Assembly: GCF_004010195.1 (NCBI RefSeq)
Contig: NC_057719.1
Coordinates: forward strand, 38,678,712 to 38,698,711
DNA: 20,000 bases
Direction: 5' to 3'
Source: Chiloscyllium plagiosum
Lineage: Eukaryota
Each line of letters starts with the position of its first letter. Within the stretch, counting starts at the first letter, position 1. Shown piece by piece: positions 1 to 11,043 of the stretch. A program made the position numbers and the translations under genes. Under the pieces are notes generated by a model that did not search any database, was not told the DNA's origin, and worked only from the letters and a program-made list of their open reading frames with translations.

Positions 1-180
1 GTGTCCTACTTGTTGATCCTCTGCTCTGGTTCTCAGCACCCTACCACACTTTTTTAAACCCTCCGAGTGGCACTAAGACGCCTCTGACTTGGGTGTAATC
101 TGTCTTCTTGCATTGGTCCCACCAGCCCCAGAAGACACCTGAATGATCCACATATCTGAAGCCCTCCTCTTATAGTGTCT
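1..180 (-). mobile_element. CR1 LINE, distal ORF1 (SGNH esterase C-terminal part), degenerate; continues at 1105 beyond a Rex1 insertion
   Basis: Plus-strand 'tttaaaccctccgagtggcacta...ggtcccaccagccccagaagac...atctgaagccctcc' resembles the reverse complement of the end of vertebrate CR1 ORF1 and is colinear with 1105-2030. Recognised by eye. Confidence 0.65.
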
Positions 181-1100
181 TACTATAAACCTTATACACT
201 CATAACTGTGCGGCCAAATTCAGCTCGAGCTGAATTTACAAATTTGGTGATGACACCACCATAGTGAATCGGATTGTAAACAATGATGAGACAGGGTACA
301 GGAAGGAGATAGCTTAGTGACATGGTGTAAAGACAACAATCTCTCCCTCAATGCCAGCAAAACGAAGGAGCTGGACATCAACTTCAGGAATTGGAGTGGA
401 GGACGCGCTGCTACCTGTATCAATGGTGCTGAGGTGGAGACCTCTATGTTCCGAGGAGTAAATATCAACAATGACCTGGAGCATCAACATGGATTGGAGC
501 GTCAATCCATGTTGATGCTCCAGTCAGGAAAGTATACCAATGCTTCCATTTCCTCAGAAAGCTAAGCAATTTCAGTATGCCCACAACAATACTTACCAAT
601 ATTTATAGATCCACCATTGAAAGTATCCTATTAGGATGCATCACAGCTTGGTTTGGCAACTGCTCTGCCCCAGACCACAAGAAATTACAGAGTTGTGAAC
701 ACAGCCCAGTCCATCATGAAAACTAGCCATTCTTCCACTGACTGCATCTACACTTCCCAGCACCTCAGGAAAGCAAACAGCATAATCAGACATTCCTCTC
801 ACCCCGGATATACTCTCTTCCACCCTCTTCCATCAGGCAGAAGATACAAAAGTTAGAAAACACGTACCAACAGACTTAAGAACAGCTTCTTCCTCATTGT
901 TATCAGACATTTGAACTCTGATATATTAGAGTTGATCTTTCTCTGCACCTTCTCTGTAGCTGTAACACTATATTCTGCGTTCAGTTCTATTACTGAATGT
1001 ACTTATGTTAAGCATGATTCATCCAGTTAGCATTAAATACAGTAGTTTTCACTGTATCTCAGTACATGTGACAATAATAAATCAAATCAACTAAAAAAAA
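181..1100 (+). mobile_element. Rex1/Babar-clade LINE, 5'-truncated (RT C-terminus, 3' UTR, AAATC tail), frameshifted
   Basis: Translations KFGDDTT (YADD equivalent), WCKDNNLSLNASKTKELDINFR (ORF 317-565) and RVVNTAQSI...HPGYTLFHPLPSGRRYKS (ORF 653-856). Ends aataataaatcaaatcaa plus an A-run. Homologous to 17323-18817. Confidence 0.88.
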
Positions 1101-1104
1101 GCCA

Positions 1105-2030
1105 GTTGTTGAGCCAAGTATGTAACTGTACTATCTTCCTATTCCTAGTCTTACTGACACATGACACAAGAAATATTCCTGAAATTACAAACCTAGAAGT
1201 GCTGCTTTTCAACTTACTCCTAATGCTCTTTTCAGAATTTCATCATTATTCCTGCCTGTGTCATCAGTACCAACATGTGACTCAACCTCTGTCTGTTTGC
1301 TCTCTCTTTTGATAATGTCCTGCACCTGCTCAGAGATGTCCTTGACTCTGGCAGGGGGCCAAGAGAAGCAACACATCATTCCGGAGTTTACTTTGTGGCC
1401 ACAGAAATGCTTGTCTGTGCCCCCGACTACAGTTCCCTGTTACTACTGCTCCTCCCTCTGGCTACTGCTGTGCCCATTCCCTGATAGGCAACCCTCCCGA
1501 CCAGTATCCAAAATGGTGTACTTGTTAGAGATAGCCACAGGGGTTCCTGCAGTGACTGCCCGCCTTATCTAAAGGTTCGAGACAAAAAAAATCTGCAGGT
1601 GCTGGAACCCAAGGTAGACGAGCTAGAAGACTGGAAGAACACAGTAAGCCAGGCAGCATCAGGAATGCACATGCCCAAAAGAAGGGTTGTACCTTAAATG
1701 TTAACTTCTCCACCTCCTGATGCTGACTGGTTTGCTGTGTTCTTTCAGCATCCTGCTTGTCCATCTTATCTAAAAGTTATCCATCCATCTGATTGAACCT
1801 TGAGAATGACCACATCTCTAAAATCCCTGTGAATGATGCTTTCTGCTTCCTGCATGCTTCGAAGAGCGTCAACTGTCACTCTAACAGATTCACCTGGTCT
1901 GACAGGAGCTCCAACTGGACACGCTTCCTCAGATGAAGTTGTCAGGAGTGTTCAAACTGTTTCTGATTTTCCACATTCCACAATAGAACCCCACTCAATG
2001 CAGTTTTCACCCTCCAGCTATATAACTAGT
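1105..2030 (-). mobile_element. CR1 LINE ORF1 (N-terminal Cys/coiled-coil region plus GDSL/SGNH esterase), degenerate, interrupted by a PLE mini-element at 1578-1764
   Basis: Minus strand of 1330-1440 reads VVGGTDKHFCGHKVNSGMMCC...ARVKDISE, like the CR1 ORF1 motif GDSIVRGTDRRFCG...MVCCLPGARVxDVSE. Minus strand of 1840-1990 reads like the N-terminal CxxCxMWE...CRKCVQLELL region. Confidence 0.8.
1578..1764. mobile_element. Non-autonomous fold-back mini-element made of two inverted Penelope-like terminal-repeat ends
   Basis: Inverted arms of about 52 bp at 1612-1664 and 1715-1766. Flanked by a 14-bp direct repeat, cttatctaaaggtt (1564-1577) and cttatctaaaagtt (1765-1778). Decayed hammerhead-like motif at 1676-1705. 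Confidence 0.78.
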
Positions 2031-2544
2031 TAATTAAAATTAAATTTCTCCTAAATTAATTTATAGCCAATTAGTTGGTCCCTGCTGTTAGATTCTCACT
2101 AAAAAGTTTAAAATATGCTATTCTGTAAATGTAAGTCTAGGTACTACTTTAAACCCTAGTACTGTAGTACACTCTAATGAGGACAAGTGGAAAGAAAATT
2201 AAACTGTAGAAGATGATTTCCTGTATCTTTTTACTTTGGATGGAAGTATACAATGCTCACTTTCAATTCAGCTTCTACTTTAAAACAAAAGTCCGGTGAC
2301 ACATAGAAAGGGTGGTAACATCAATATCGTCTTCCCCTCAATGATTTCTGTCCACTTGTGTGATACCTCTCCATCCCTGTTATCTTTCCACATCTCCCCA
2401 ACCCTTTTTCTCCCACAATCTCAACCTCCACAGTGCCAAGCTACAAGTTGCTCTCCCTTATCAACACCCCTCCTCCGCCACCTTCTTGACCTCCCATGGA
2501 GAGCAAACCTCACAGCTGCCAGTCACTAACACCAGAAAACTCTA

Positions 2545-3243
2545 AATTAAAAAAAACAAAGTACTGCCAATGCTGGAAATCACAAAACGAAAAACAGAAA
2601 TTGCTGGGAAAAAAATTCAGCAAGTCTGACAGCATCTGTGGAGACAAAACGGTTTGGGTCTAGTGACCATTCTTCAGAACTGATTGTAGCTTGGAAAGGG
2701 TTGATGTATATGCTGAAGGAGAAAAAAAATATAAGTGGAGATGGAACCAGAGAGAGAGAAATAGTTGGACAATAAAGGAATGGGTAAAAGTCAGCGTGGG
2801 AGAATCAATAATTGCTAATGGGGACCATTTGTAGCTGACAATGAGTTGGTTGTGGTAGCAGCCCATGTGATGACAAAATCTGGTGTGTGGTGGTTGGGGT
2901 GAAGATATGGGAGAAGGTGCTCAGGCCCTAAAATTATTTAACTTAATACTGAAGGCTGCAGGGTTCCCAGGTGGAAAATGAGATGATAATGGTCAGAATT
3001 AGCAGGTATTGATTCCTATAGGCTGAACTTTACTCATTCCTTTCTCTCTGTCTTTTTGGACTCCATCTCCAGCCATTGTTTATTCGTCCCCTCTCCCTCA
3101 CCGCTTCTCCAGCATATATATCAACATTTTCCTAGCTACAATCAATTCTAAAGAAGGGTCACTGGACCCAAAACATTAACTTTGCTTCCTCTCAATACAT
3201 AGTGTCGGACTTGCTGAGTTTTTTCCAGCAATTTCTGCTTTTG
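2545..3243 (-). mobile_element. 5'-truncated Penelope-like element: GIY-YIG C-terminus plus pseudo-LTR, with an inverted pseudo-LTR copy
   Basis: Minus strand of about 2920-2985 reads HLIFHLGTLQP followed by a frameshifted LNNFRA*, like the PLE GIY-YIG end (EQxLIFxLxTLxPxGLN). Inverted arms at about 2594-2820 and 2998-3240. TSD-like ccagaaaactcta (2532-2544) and ccagcaaactcta (3244-3256). Confidence 0.82.
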
Positions 3244-3596
3244 CCAGCAAACTCTAGTTGCTGCCTTGCACCAGTCCCCTTCCTAATCCCAGCAAAGTAG
3301 CCTCTCATTCTGACCAGCTGGAAATGATAAACAATTGTAAAATATACACCCTCCAAGGATATTCCAATTTCCTAGCTATTCCTCTGCAAATCCTCTCCAC
3401 CACCCTCCCAGCTATTTTTCCCTAGAGCTGGGATCTACAAATTTGGAATAAACACGACATTACAATCATGCATTTACAAAGTGCGGATTTAAGTCATTTG
3501 CAATCATATCATAGTGCAGGAATGCATGAAGTGTACAACTGTGTGGGGTGTGAGGTCAGAATTTTGCTGCAGAGGTTCTTCAATGTAGCGACTAGA

Positions 3597-4060
3597 TGCA
3601 ACCATCTTCAGTTGCTTCATCAATGTTTGCCTGTCCAGTTTAAGGTGGAGAAGTGGGGATATTCACTGTTGATTGCACAATGTTCAGCGCCATTCATGAC
3701 TCCTCAGATACTGAAGCAGTTGGTGCCATATGTAGTAAGACCCAGACAAAACTCTTCTTTTGGTGGTAAGTGGCAAATAGCTTTCATGCCAGAAGGTGCT
3801 GGGCAATCATCATTTCTGAAAAGAGAGAATCTAACCATCACCATTTGATTTTCAATGTCATTAGCATCACTGAATCCCCCACTATCAATACCATTTACCA
3901 TTGAAGGAAAACTGAACTGGTCTCTCCATATAAATACATACAAATACAAGAGCAGATCAAAGACTAAGAATCTTGTAACAAGCAACTCATCTCCTGACTC
4001 CATCTTATATGTTCATCATCTATAAGGCACAAGTCAGAAGTGTTAAGGAATACTCCCTAA
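3597..4060 (+). mobile_element. CR1/L2-group LINE reverse transcriptase fragment (distinct family), degenerate
   Basis: Plus-frame pieces TIFSCFIN, EVGIFTVDCTMFSAIHDSSDTEAV (FADD motif region), KWQIAFMPE, FNVISITESPTIN, KLNWSLHIN and IYKAQVRSVKEYS. Confidence 0.8.
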
Positions 4061-4149
4061 CGACCCCCTTCACGGGCCACTGCCTGGACCTATTTATGGC
4101 CAGTTTGGCCAGGCCCAGGAGCAGACCCACGTCTTCAGGAAATGTTTTT

Positions 4150-4770
4150 AGAAACAATAATCTGGGATTCAATTAAATCACTCAGGCAAATGTGAATTAA
4201 GGAAAGCCAGCATGGATTTGTGAAAAACAAATGGTAATTAACTAATTTCATTGTGCTTTTGGTTAGGTAACTGGGAGGATTGATGAGAATAATGAAGGTG
4301 ACATAGTTTACAGGTCTTCAAAAGACATTGATAATGTGCCCTACAATATGCTTACCAGCAAAGTTTTATGCCTATAGAATAAAAGGGACAGTGGCAGCTT
4401 GAATATAAAATTGGCTGAGTTACTGAAGGAAAATATCTATTAAGGATTCCCAGGAGTCAACATTAATACAGCTGCTTTACTTGATCTACATTGGTGACAT
4501 GGACATGGGTGTATGAGTAAAACTTCAAAATGTCTGTGCATCATAAGCATTATCAGCTGTGAAAAGAATAGTAATAAACATCAAGAGGTGTAGACAGGCT
4601 GGTGGAATGGATGGATTGGGACAGATAATACAGAAAACTGTGAAGTGATTCATTTTGGTAGGAAGCGGAAGAACAGAATTTTAAAAAAAATTCTAAATGA
4701 AGAGGGGTTATACACACAAAAGATATTGAAGGCAGCCAGGCAGGTTGAGAGCATTTTTCAGAAATATTTT
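4150..4770 (+). mobile_element. Old CR1 LINE ORF2 (RT) fragment with many deletions
   Basis: 'attaaggaaagccagcatggatttgtgaaa' encodes IKESQHGFVK. Followed by remnants of FQKAFDKVPH, WIxNWL and KCEVIHFGRK motifs. Confidence 0.8.
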
Positions 4771-7179
4771 GAGGTAGGGTGTTTTACATTGCCTTTGCAT
4801 CTCTTCAAAACCAGATGAAATCAATACATAATTATGTTAGCCTTTAATACAAAATTACACACAAAGTGGTATAAATTGACAATCTGACACAAAGTGTACA
4901 TTGGGATTATTTATGTTAGAAGTAGCAAAATACAGGACACTGCAGTGAATGTTTTTTTTCTGAACTTTGAGTTGGTCAATTTTAGTCAAATACAGACTAT
5001 GCCATACCTGAAAAAGGAAAATCTTGCTGCAGAATCTAGCTGACAGGAATGAAATGCTTACTTCTGCAGCACTGACCTACTTTGACAGTCCCTGGAGCTT
5101 GCATGTTAACAATAGGCATCCCTACACCAGATGACAAGCACAAAGTCCTTTCCTATGAAGACACTGTCCACAACAGCTGTTGCCAGACAGATGCAGCAAT
5201 GGGTTCAAATATGGTGTTGACATCTTTGTGTATGCAGCCAGCCAGTCTCTATATTTTGCTGGAATTATTGCTGAGTGTCTAAAAGCTGGTGTGCGGTATA
5301 GGATATACGACCATTAACAATGTCTCACTATCTAAGCCTGAACAGCACAACCCCAAAATGTGTAGTGTGTTTTTTCAGCTGGTTGCTGCTGACTGTGCTC
5401 AAAGAGAATAGAGTATTATAAATAATTGAACCCATAAACCTAATCCTGGACCATCATTCCTCACATCCAAACTCGCTTGCCCTTTATTTTTGTCTTGTGC
5501 TTGGATTCACATGTTACTCTTCTTTATGAACTTATCAAGATTGACTGCCGAGGTGCTTACACTACTGCTTGATATGTTGCTGTCATTACAACCATGATTT
5601 AGTAACACAAACTTATTGTGACTAACAGCCTCTGGTAGGCATACATAAATATACATACTTATTGATGTTCTGTGGTTTTCTATATGTTGGTCCACAGAAC
5701 AGTGACTTGGTTAAAATTGAGAAATATATTGAAGTTTAGTAACTGTACACTAATATAATATCTCAGAGTTGCGTATAGTCTGGGTTATAGGCTTACTTAT
5801 ATTACTGTTAATTACAAAGCTGGCTGAGGTAACAGACAGATTACTTGTCAGGCATAATTGCTGCTTACTGATTATCTCGACAGCAAGATTGAGATTTTTT
5901 GTACAACATACGCTGTGATGACATCTAGCCATTTTGGCATCTTTCTGAGATCTATACCTTAATAAAGCACATATTATTAAAATAAAAACCTTGTTCCACT
6001 ACCTGAAAAATTCAAAGTTCTTTTGATCCTCTCATGGGTTTTTTTTTTACTTTGCTGGTTTTGCGTTGTTGCTATATTGAAGACTGTGACATGATGAGGC
6101 TTTTTCTCCCTGTAAACTGTCTCCTCCCACCACTATGTAACTTCTATTGTTTCCTCTTACATGGATTGAGAATAATATGGCGATTGGATTCCAAAGCCAT
6201 TATCCCAGCAGAACGCATTGACATAGATTTATGTAGTACACATTCTGATACGTATTTTAAAATTCACATATTTTCTTGAGCTACATTGATTACCTTCTTA
6301 AAACTATCAGTTGAGTTTCCCTAGTTGTGAAAATTCCTTAAATTCCATTGTCTTTCATGGCTTTTTTTTACAATCGTACTTCTTGCATTTTGCAGTTAAG
6401 TCTTGTGAAAATTTAGAATTTATATAATTTATAAATGTTGTTCTCACACATTTCACTCAAAGCCATTGTCTATTTACAACCAGTTTAACCACCTTTCACT
6501 CATTAACCACAGAATTCTTTTCATCAACTGCATTTCTCATCGCAAAGGTAAGTGAAAGTTTGACAGCCTCCAGACCATCTGTCCACTCCCTCAGTCTGAG
6601 GGAGCAATTTGAAAACTAATTCTTCAATGATTCTCTGTCTGTAAAGACAGCATGAAATTTCTAGCATCATACGGCAAAGAATTAATCCTCAGGCAAATTC
6701 TTTGCTTACTTTAATTGCCACATCCAAATTAGAGACTGCAAGTCTTGACAAGTCTGTGCTTAAAATCAACAATGAAGTATCATGGCTTGGTTTTGGCCAT
6801 CTTACAAGTAAGTGATGCAACAAAAAAAAGTGGTGATGTTTAATAATATTTGAGTTTATCTAATTAATGTTTGCATAGGTAATGTGAAAAGAATCAAGAA
6901 TATAATCAGGAATTTGTATTGAAAATCTTGAACCAGAAAGGATATACAAAGGGCATGTGGGGCAATATATCACTGTGATTATAAGTTGACATCTCGATAT
7001 ATGTATGCAAGCATGATGTTGTTGTGAAAATCAAGGACCAGCATATGTAACACACATGACAGAGAACATGCATACTGGACCTGTTCCTAAAAACCTGAAT
7101 ATGGAAGATGATAATATTAGGAAATAGTGATTCCAGGCATTCAATAGAGGACAGAAGTTCAACAGAGTTCAACTGGTCA

Positions 7180-7275
7180 CAATTATGTCAGGCTGAACTA
7201 CACAGCCAAAGAATACTACAGGTCTAATCCCTGAGACAGTACTGAGTTAGCTAATCACATTCAGGTTGGCTGTAG
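7180..7275 (+). mobile_element. Possible ancient tRNA-SINE-like head fragment
   Basis: B-box-like 'caggtctaatccct' followed by 'tactgagttagctaatc', which I recall from an old vertebrate SINE. Highly decayed. Confidence 0.35.
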
Positions 7276-7279
7276 ATAT

Positions 7280-7382
7280 TTTCAATCAATCTGTTCAGAT
7301 GTGTTACAACAAAGCTCTGGGACAGGTGGGACTTGAACTTGGGCTCAAAAGTTGGGACACTATAAATATGTCACGAGAGCTC
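7280..7382 (-). mobile_element. tRNA-derived SINE 5' head fragment
   Basis: Minus-strand B box AGTTCAAGTCC (7329-7339), preceded by 'tagtgtcccaac'. Same family as 10370-10472. Confidence 0.7.
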
Positions 7383-8609
7383 AAAGGACAGCTACATGCT
7401 TGTTCCAGTTACCCTGAGCATTCTGAGGTTAAATGGTGAAAATCTCTCCGAGTACTTTTCTCATTAGAATATTAGTAAGAGTAAAAACAAGAGAAACATG
7501 CACAGCATGCTGAAAGATGTTGAAAGATGCCTAGGGTTGTTTATTCATTACTCACTATGCCTAAATAGTTTGAGGTGGTGATAGTTAAAGTATTAAATTG
7601 CACTGCATGTTAGTTGAATTCTGGTCCTTAGTTGTCATGATATTATACCTGTAATACCAAATGCAGTTTTGGTCAATAAAACATATTGGAGGCATTTACA
7701 CTTTACATGGAGCATAAAGAAGAGTAATGAAGTTGATCCCTAGTGTTATTCAGAAAAGCTATTAAGAATGACTTGGTAACCTAGTGAATTACTGCCCTGA
7801 ATATATGAAAATCATGCAAGGCATTTACCAATATTGACAAATTAAACTCTCTATGCAATAATTGTCGGTATTCCAGAGTAGTAGATTAACAGGACACAGG
7901 TTCAGGCAGATTTAGGATGAAATTAGGAAGTGCATCTACATAGATAATGACAATCTCTGTCTCTTTTTTCCCTTGCAAGAGCAAGGGCACATAATACTAG
8001 AGAGAGGGCTTTCACTGAAGAAGGTGTGTCCCAGCTTGTGACTGCTCCTGCTGTTGAAGAATGGGCAGTGGGATTCTTCAGGGGGAAAGAAAGCTATTCT
8101 AAAAGAAGGGAACACACTCATCTCTGTTCCACAACTTGCCAATAACTCACCCACACTGGGAAACCTCTACTTTCAAATGTTAGTTTCTATGATCCCTTTT
8201 TGTGTGTTCCACAGATTGGTTGTGTGGGGCAATGCTTGATTTATTTGGGCTCAACAAAAGAAACTCAGAAAACAGAGCCAGGATCATCACATCTTACGAG
8301 CATGCTCTCCACAAACACAGCTACAGTTATATAGGTGGATCCATGAGACTGCTGAGCTAGGATGGAACTGGGTGAACAACACAGCACTAATGAACAGAAG
8401 CAGTCAGAGACAAAATAATAATTGTGGGCATTCTCCCCTGAGGATGAATGGCGGTCACAGCAATGTTTAGCTGTGTGGTGATACAGGGTTTTGGAAGTCA
8501 CAGGAAAGAACACTCTTCTTAGACCAACATCAGCAAATGTGTAGTAGTATGTCAGAGTGACAGCAGGATCACTATGAGGGGTGCTGTGGAATGAAGTATG
8601 GTATTTATT

Positions 8610-9245
8610 CATTTGGTGGAACTTGGAAGTTTTGACATCCATATAAGAGTGGTCCCAGTCTTCTCCTTCAAGGGCCAACATTCTGTTCTCGTTGGGGGCT
8701 GAGGAAACGTACATTGGATACCTCTCCACTGGTATGGGCCACTCTGCCCTGTTATGGACTGAGTTCTCCTGTCGTGCGAACAAGGGGGAATGAGTGAAAT
8801 TACAATGGGTGACTTGGCTTTTGTCCTAGTGCATGCAGTGGGGAGGATGGTGAGATATGAAGGACTTGAGGAGGCAGCACAGCTGGCATTCAAGTGAGAG
8901 GTATGGAAGGTTGAGGGGGGACAGTGAGTAAGGGAAGGTGTTTCATGCAATATTGAGCACGGAAGAGCATGAGATGGGTCCAATAACTGAGATAGAGTGA
9001 GTGGGAGGTAGCAGATATGAGTGTGTCATTTATCCTGGTGGAATGGGAAAGGCAATTAGCCTTTCTTTTTGTGCTGCTGGCTGTTCCTCTGCAACGTGGA
9101 GATGGCTCTGAGATGGGTGGTACCCTCAATCTAATGGTGCAGCCTCCTCTGCTCATTCTCCAGGAAGATGACTCATCTCCTTTGTACCACTCACCAGGAC
9201 CACCAGCTCCACATTGGAGAACTGACAGTTTCAGACTCCATCCAT
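8610..9245 (-). pseudogene. Decayed PIF/Harbinger Myb/SANT-like (trihelix) DNA-binding protein gene, two exon remnants (about 9245-9034 and 8768-8610)
   Basis: Exon 1 remnant with stops and frameshifts: FSNVELVVLVSG / RR*VIFLE..RR / RAISTLQRNSQQHKKK / NCL. Exon 2 follows a pyrimidine tract and CAG (8771-8769): ENSVHNRAE / TSGEVSNVRFLSP / NENRMLALEGED. This fits the pattern F..xELxxLV...RRxxLF...RxxxQCxKK...HNxRExxxTGGG...LTxxEE. Confidence 0.6.
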
Positions 9246-10369
9246 GGCTGAGCACAGCAGGTTCGGAATGCCAGTGTTTGCCCATCTGCACAATTGGTGT
9301 TTAAAGATGGTGCAAACAATGTCAGCATCTTGGTGGATATCTGCTGAGTGGTGAGTTTTCTTGCATCAGTGCATGGTAAGATGGGGCAGAAATCAGATTT
9401 AAAGGACATCATAAGAATGCAGTAGTTAATTAATAAGGAAGGTTTACTAAGATAGGGTAGGTAATAAGCTAGGTCTCGTAGTGCACATCCCTTCAAAAAA
9501 ACCGAAGCAACTAGGCCTTAGACAAAAAAAATCGTAAGGTACTGCCCCACGATTTCAAATTCCCTGACATGCAATGTTGCAATTTTGTGTTTGATAGGTT
9601 GGGGTCAATGCTTTTCAGAAAATAGTATCGCTACTTTAAATTATTGATTGAAAAGAAAAAAAGATCTACATTAGGACATTTAACATTGCTGTTCAGCTGG
9701 GTGAATATTACACTTGTTTTTAACAACAAAATAAAGAAGCAATTGAACAGAGTTGACTTTTTTCTCATTCTGAGACTCAGTCTACTTAAAAATTGTGTCT
9801 AGTCAAGTTACATAGAGAATCCGGGTATTGTTTACCCCTTGAGAATCCTCCATCTCATGAGGAACGGATTCCCTATTTATTCCACTCTACACTTCAGCTA
9901 TTTTCATATTGACTTGCTTTTGATTTCTATTCTTTCTCTTTCTCTAGTCATGTACAAATATTGATTTGTGGCTTTGTATTTTGTACCAAGTACAAGAAAT
10001 CATTTAAATGGAAGCAGCAATGTCGTTCAAGATACCCAATTTTATCCCTCATGGAATAGAAAAGTCGATTGCCTTTTATACAAGAAACCGGATCTTGGAA
10101 GAGGGACATAAGTACAGCAATCTCCTGAATTGTATGACACTCTTCCTGTGTAACAGCAAAAAAAATATTTTGCAAGGGATGCACCTGCTAAACAGTGGCT
10201 GTGACTGTGCTGATGTCATGAGATAGATTGCATTAGCCAGCCCATGAAAAATGCAGTATTGATGGGCAGCTCTTTACTGATTATAATTAGACCCATGGCA
10301 ACAGTTAAGACCAAGCAAAAAAAAAATGGTTCTTATTGCCTGCTGTTCTGGCAGTTTCTCCTTGTGATT

Positions 10370-10472
10370 AATTGGCAGCCATGGCATGTTATTACACACT
10401 TCTAGAACAGATGGGACTTGAACCTTGGCCTTCAGTTCAGAGGTAGGGACACTACCCTGCACTACAGGAGCT
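10370..10472 (-). mobile_element. tRNA-derived SINE 5' head fragment
   Basis: Minus-strand A-box-like TAGTGCAGGGTAGTG (10464-10450) and B box GGTTCAAGTCC (10424-10414). Homologous to 7280-7382. Confidence 0.78.
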
Positions 10473-10517
10473 AGCTTGGGAAACTTGGACTGTAGAAGCC
10501 AACAGCTGAGGTTACAT

Positions 10518-10830
10518 TTTTTTTCTTTATTCTTGCATGGGATGTTGGTGTCACTGGCAAGGCCAATACTCATGCTCTTGAATTGAGAACATTCTAAGCC
10601 ATTTCAGAGCGCATTTAAGGCTCAGGCATTCTGGGAATACAGAGTTACAGGTAAGGACAGCAGATTTCCTTCCTTAAGAGATTTCAATGAACCAGAAAGT
10701 TCTTTCTTTCCAACTATTGACATTGGTTACATTGCTGCCATTGGACTAGTCTTAAATTCCTAAGTTTTATTGAATTCAAATTTCATCTCCTGCTATGGTG
10801 CGATTTAAATTCATGAACACGGATCATTGA
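10518..10830 (-). mobile_element. tRNA-derived SINE, MetaSINE/SlmI-like, near full length but degenerate
   Basis: Minus strand contains GGAAATCTGCTGTCCTTACC...CTCTGAAATGGC and a tail ggccttgccagtgacaccaacatcccatgcaagaataaag plus poly-A. B-box remnant near 10800-10813. The family name is from recall. Confidence 0.65.
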
Positions 10831-11043
10831 ACTATAGCTGTGGAATACCTCATCTTCCCAGTACATGACAGTTCAATGACCAAAAAGACCAAATTTTTCT
10901 TAGATGATAATCTAACTGTGGCTAGAAAAAACACTTCTGGCACCCATTCTGACTCAGGAAGGAGAGAGGACCAGGAGAGTGGTGTTGGGAGTCAGTGACT
11001 TCGTCCACATGCTTAGGGAGGTGCAGCAGCAGTCAGGCATACA

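Noticed and set aside
3704..4003. 99-aa minus-strand ORF (likewise 220-471, 641-823, 16490-16807, 18013-18480, 18783-19127, 19775-19996)
   Set aside because: Antisense readings of retroelement coding fragments.
4088..4100. CArG-box-like CCTATTTATGG
   Set aside because: Has seven A/T bases rather than the canonical six, and is expected by chance.
8265..8783. 172-aa minus-strand ORF as a host gene
   Set aside because: Only the first part resembles a frameshifted Harbinger Myb-like exon, and the rest has no domain signal.
9920..10226. Splice acceptor (pyrimidine tract plus AG at 9946-9947) and downstream coding exon
   Set aside because: All three frames hit stops soon after the AG, with no clear donor or recognisable protein. 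A non-coding exon cannot be excluded.
10405..10472. tRNA gene
   Set aside because: Has A and B boxes but no complete cloverleaf, and continues into SINE body sequence shared with 7280-7382.
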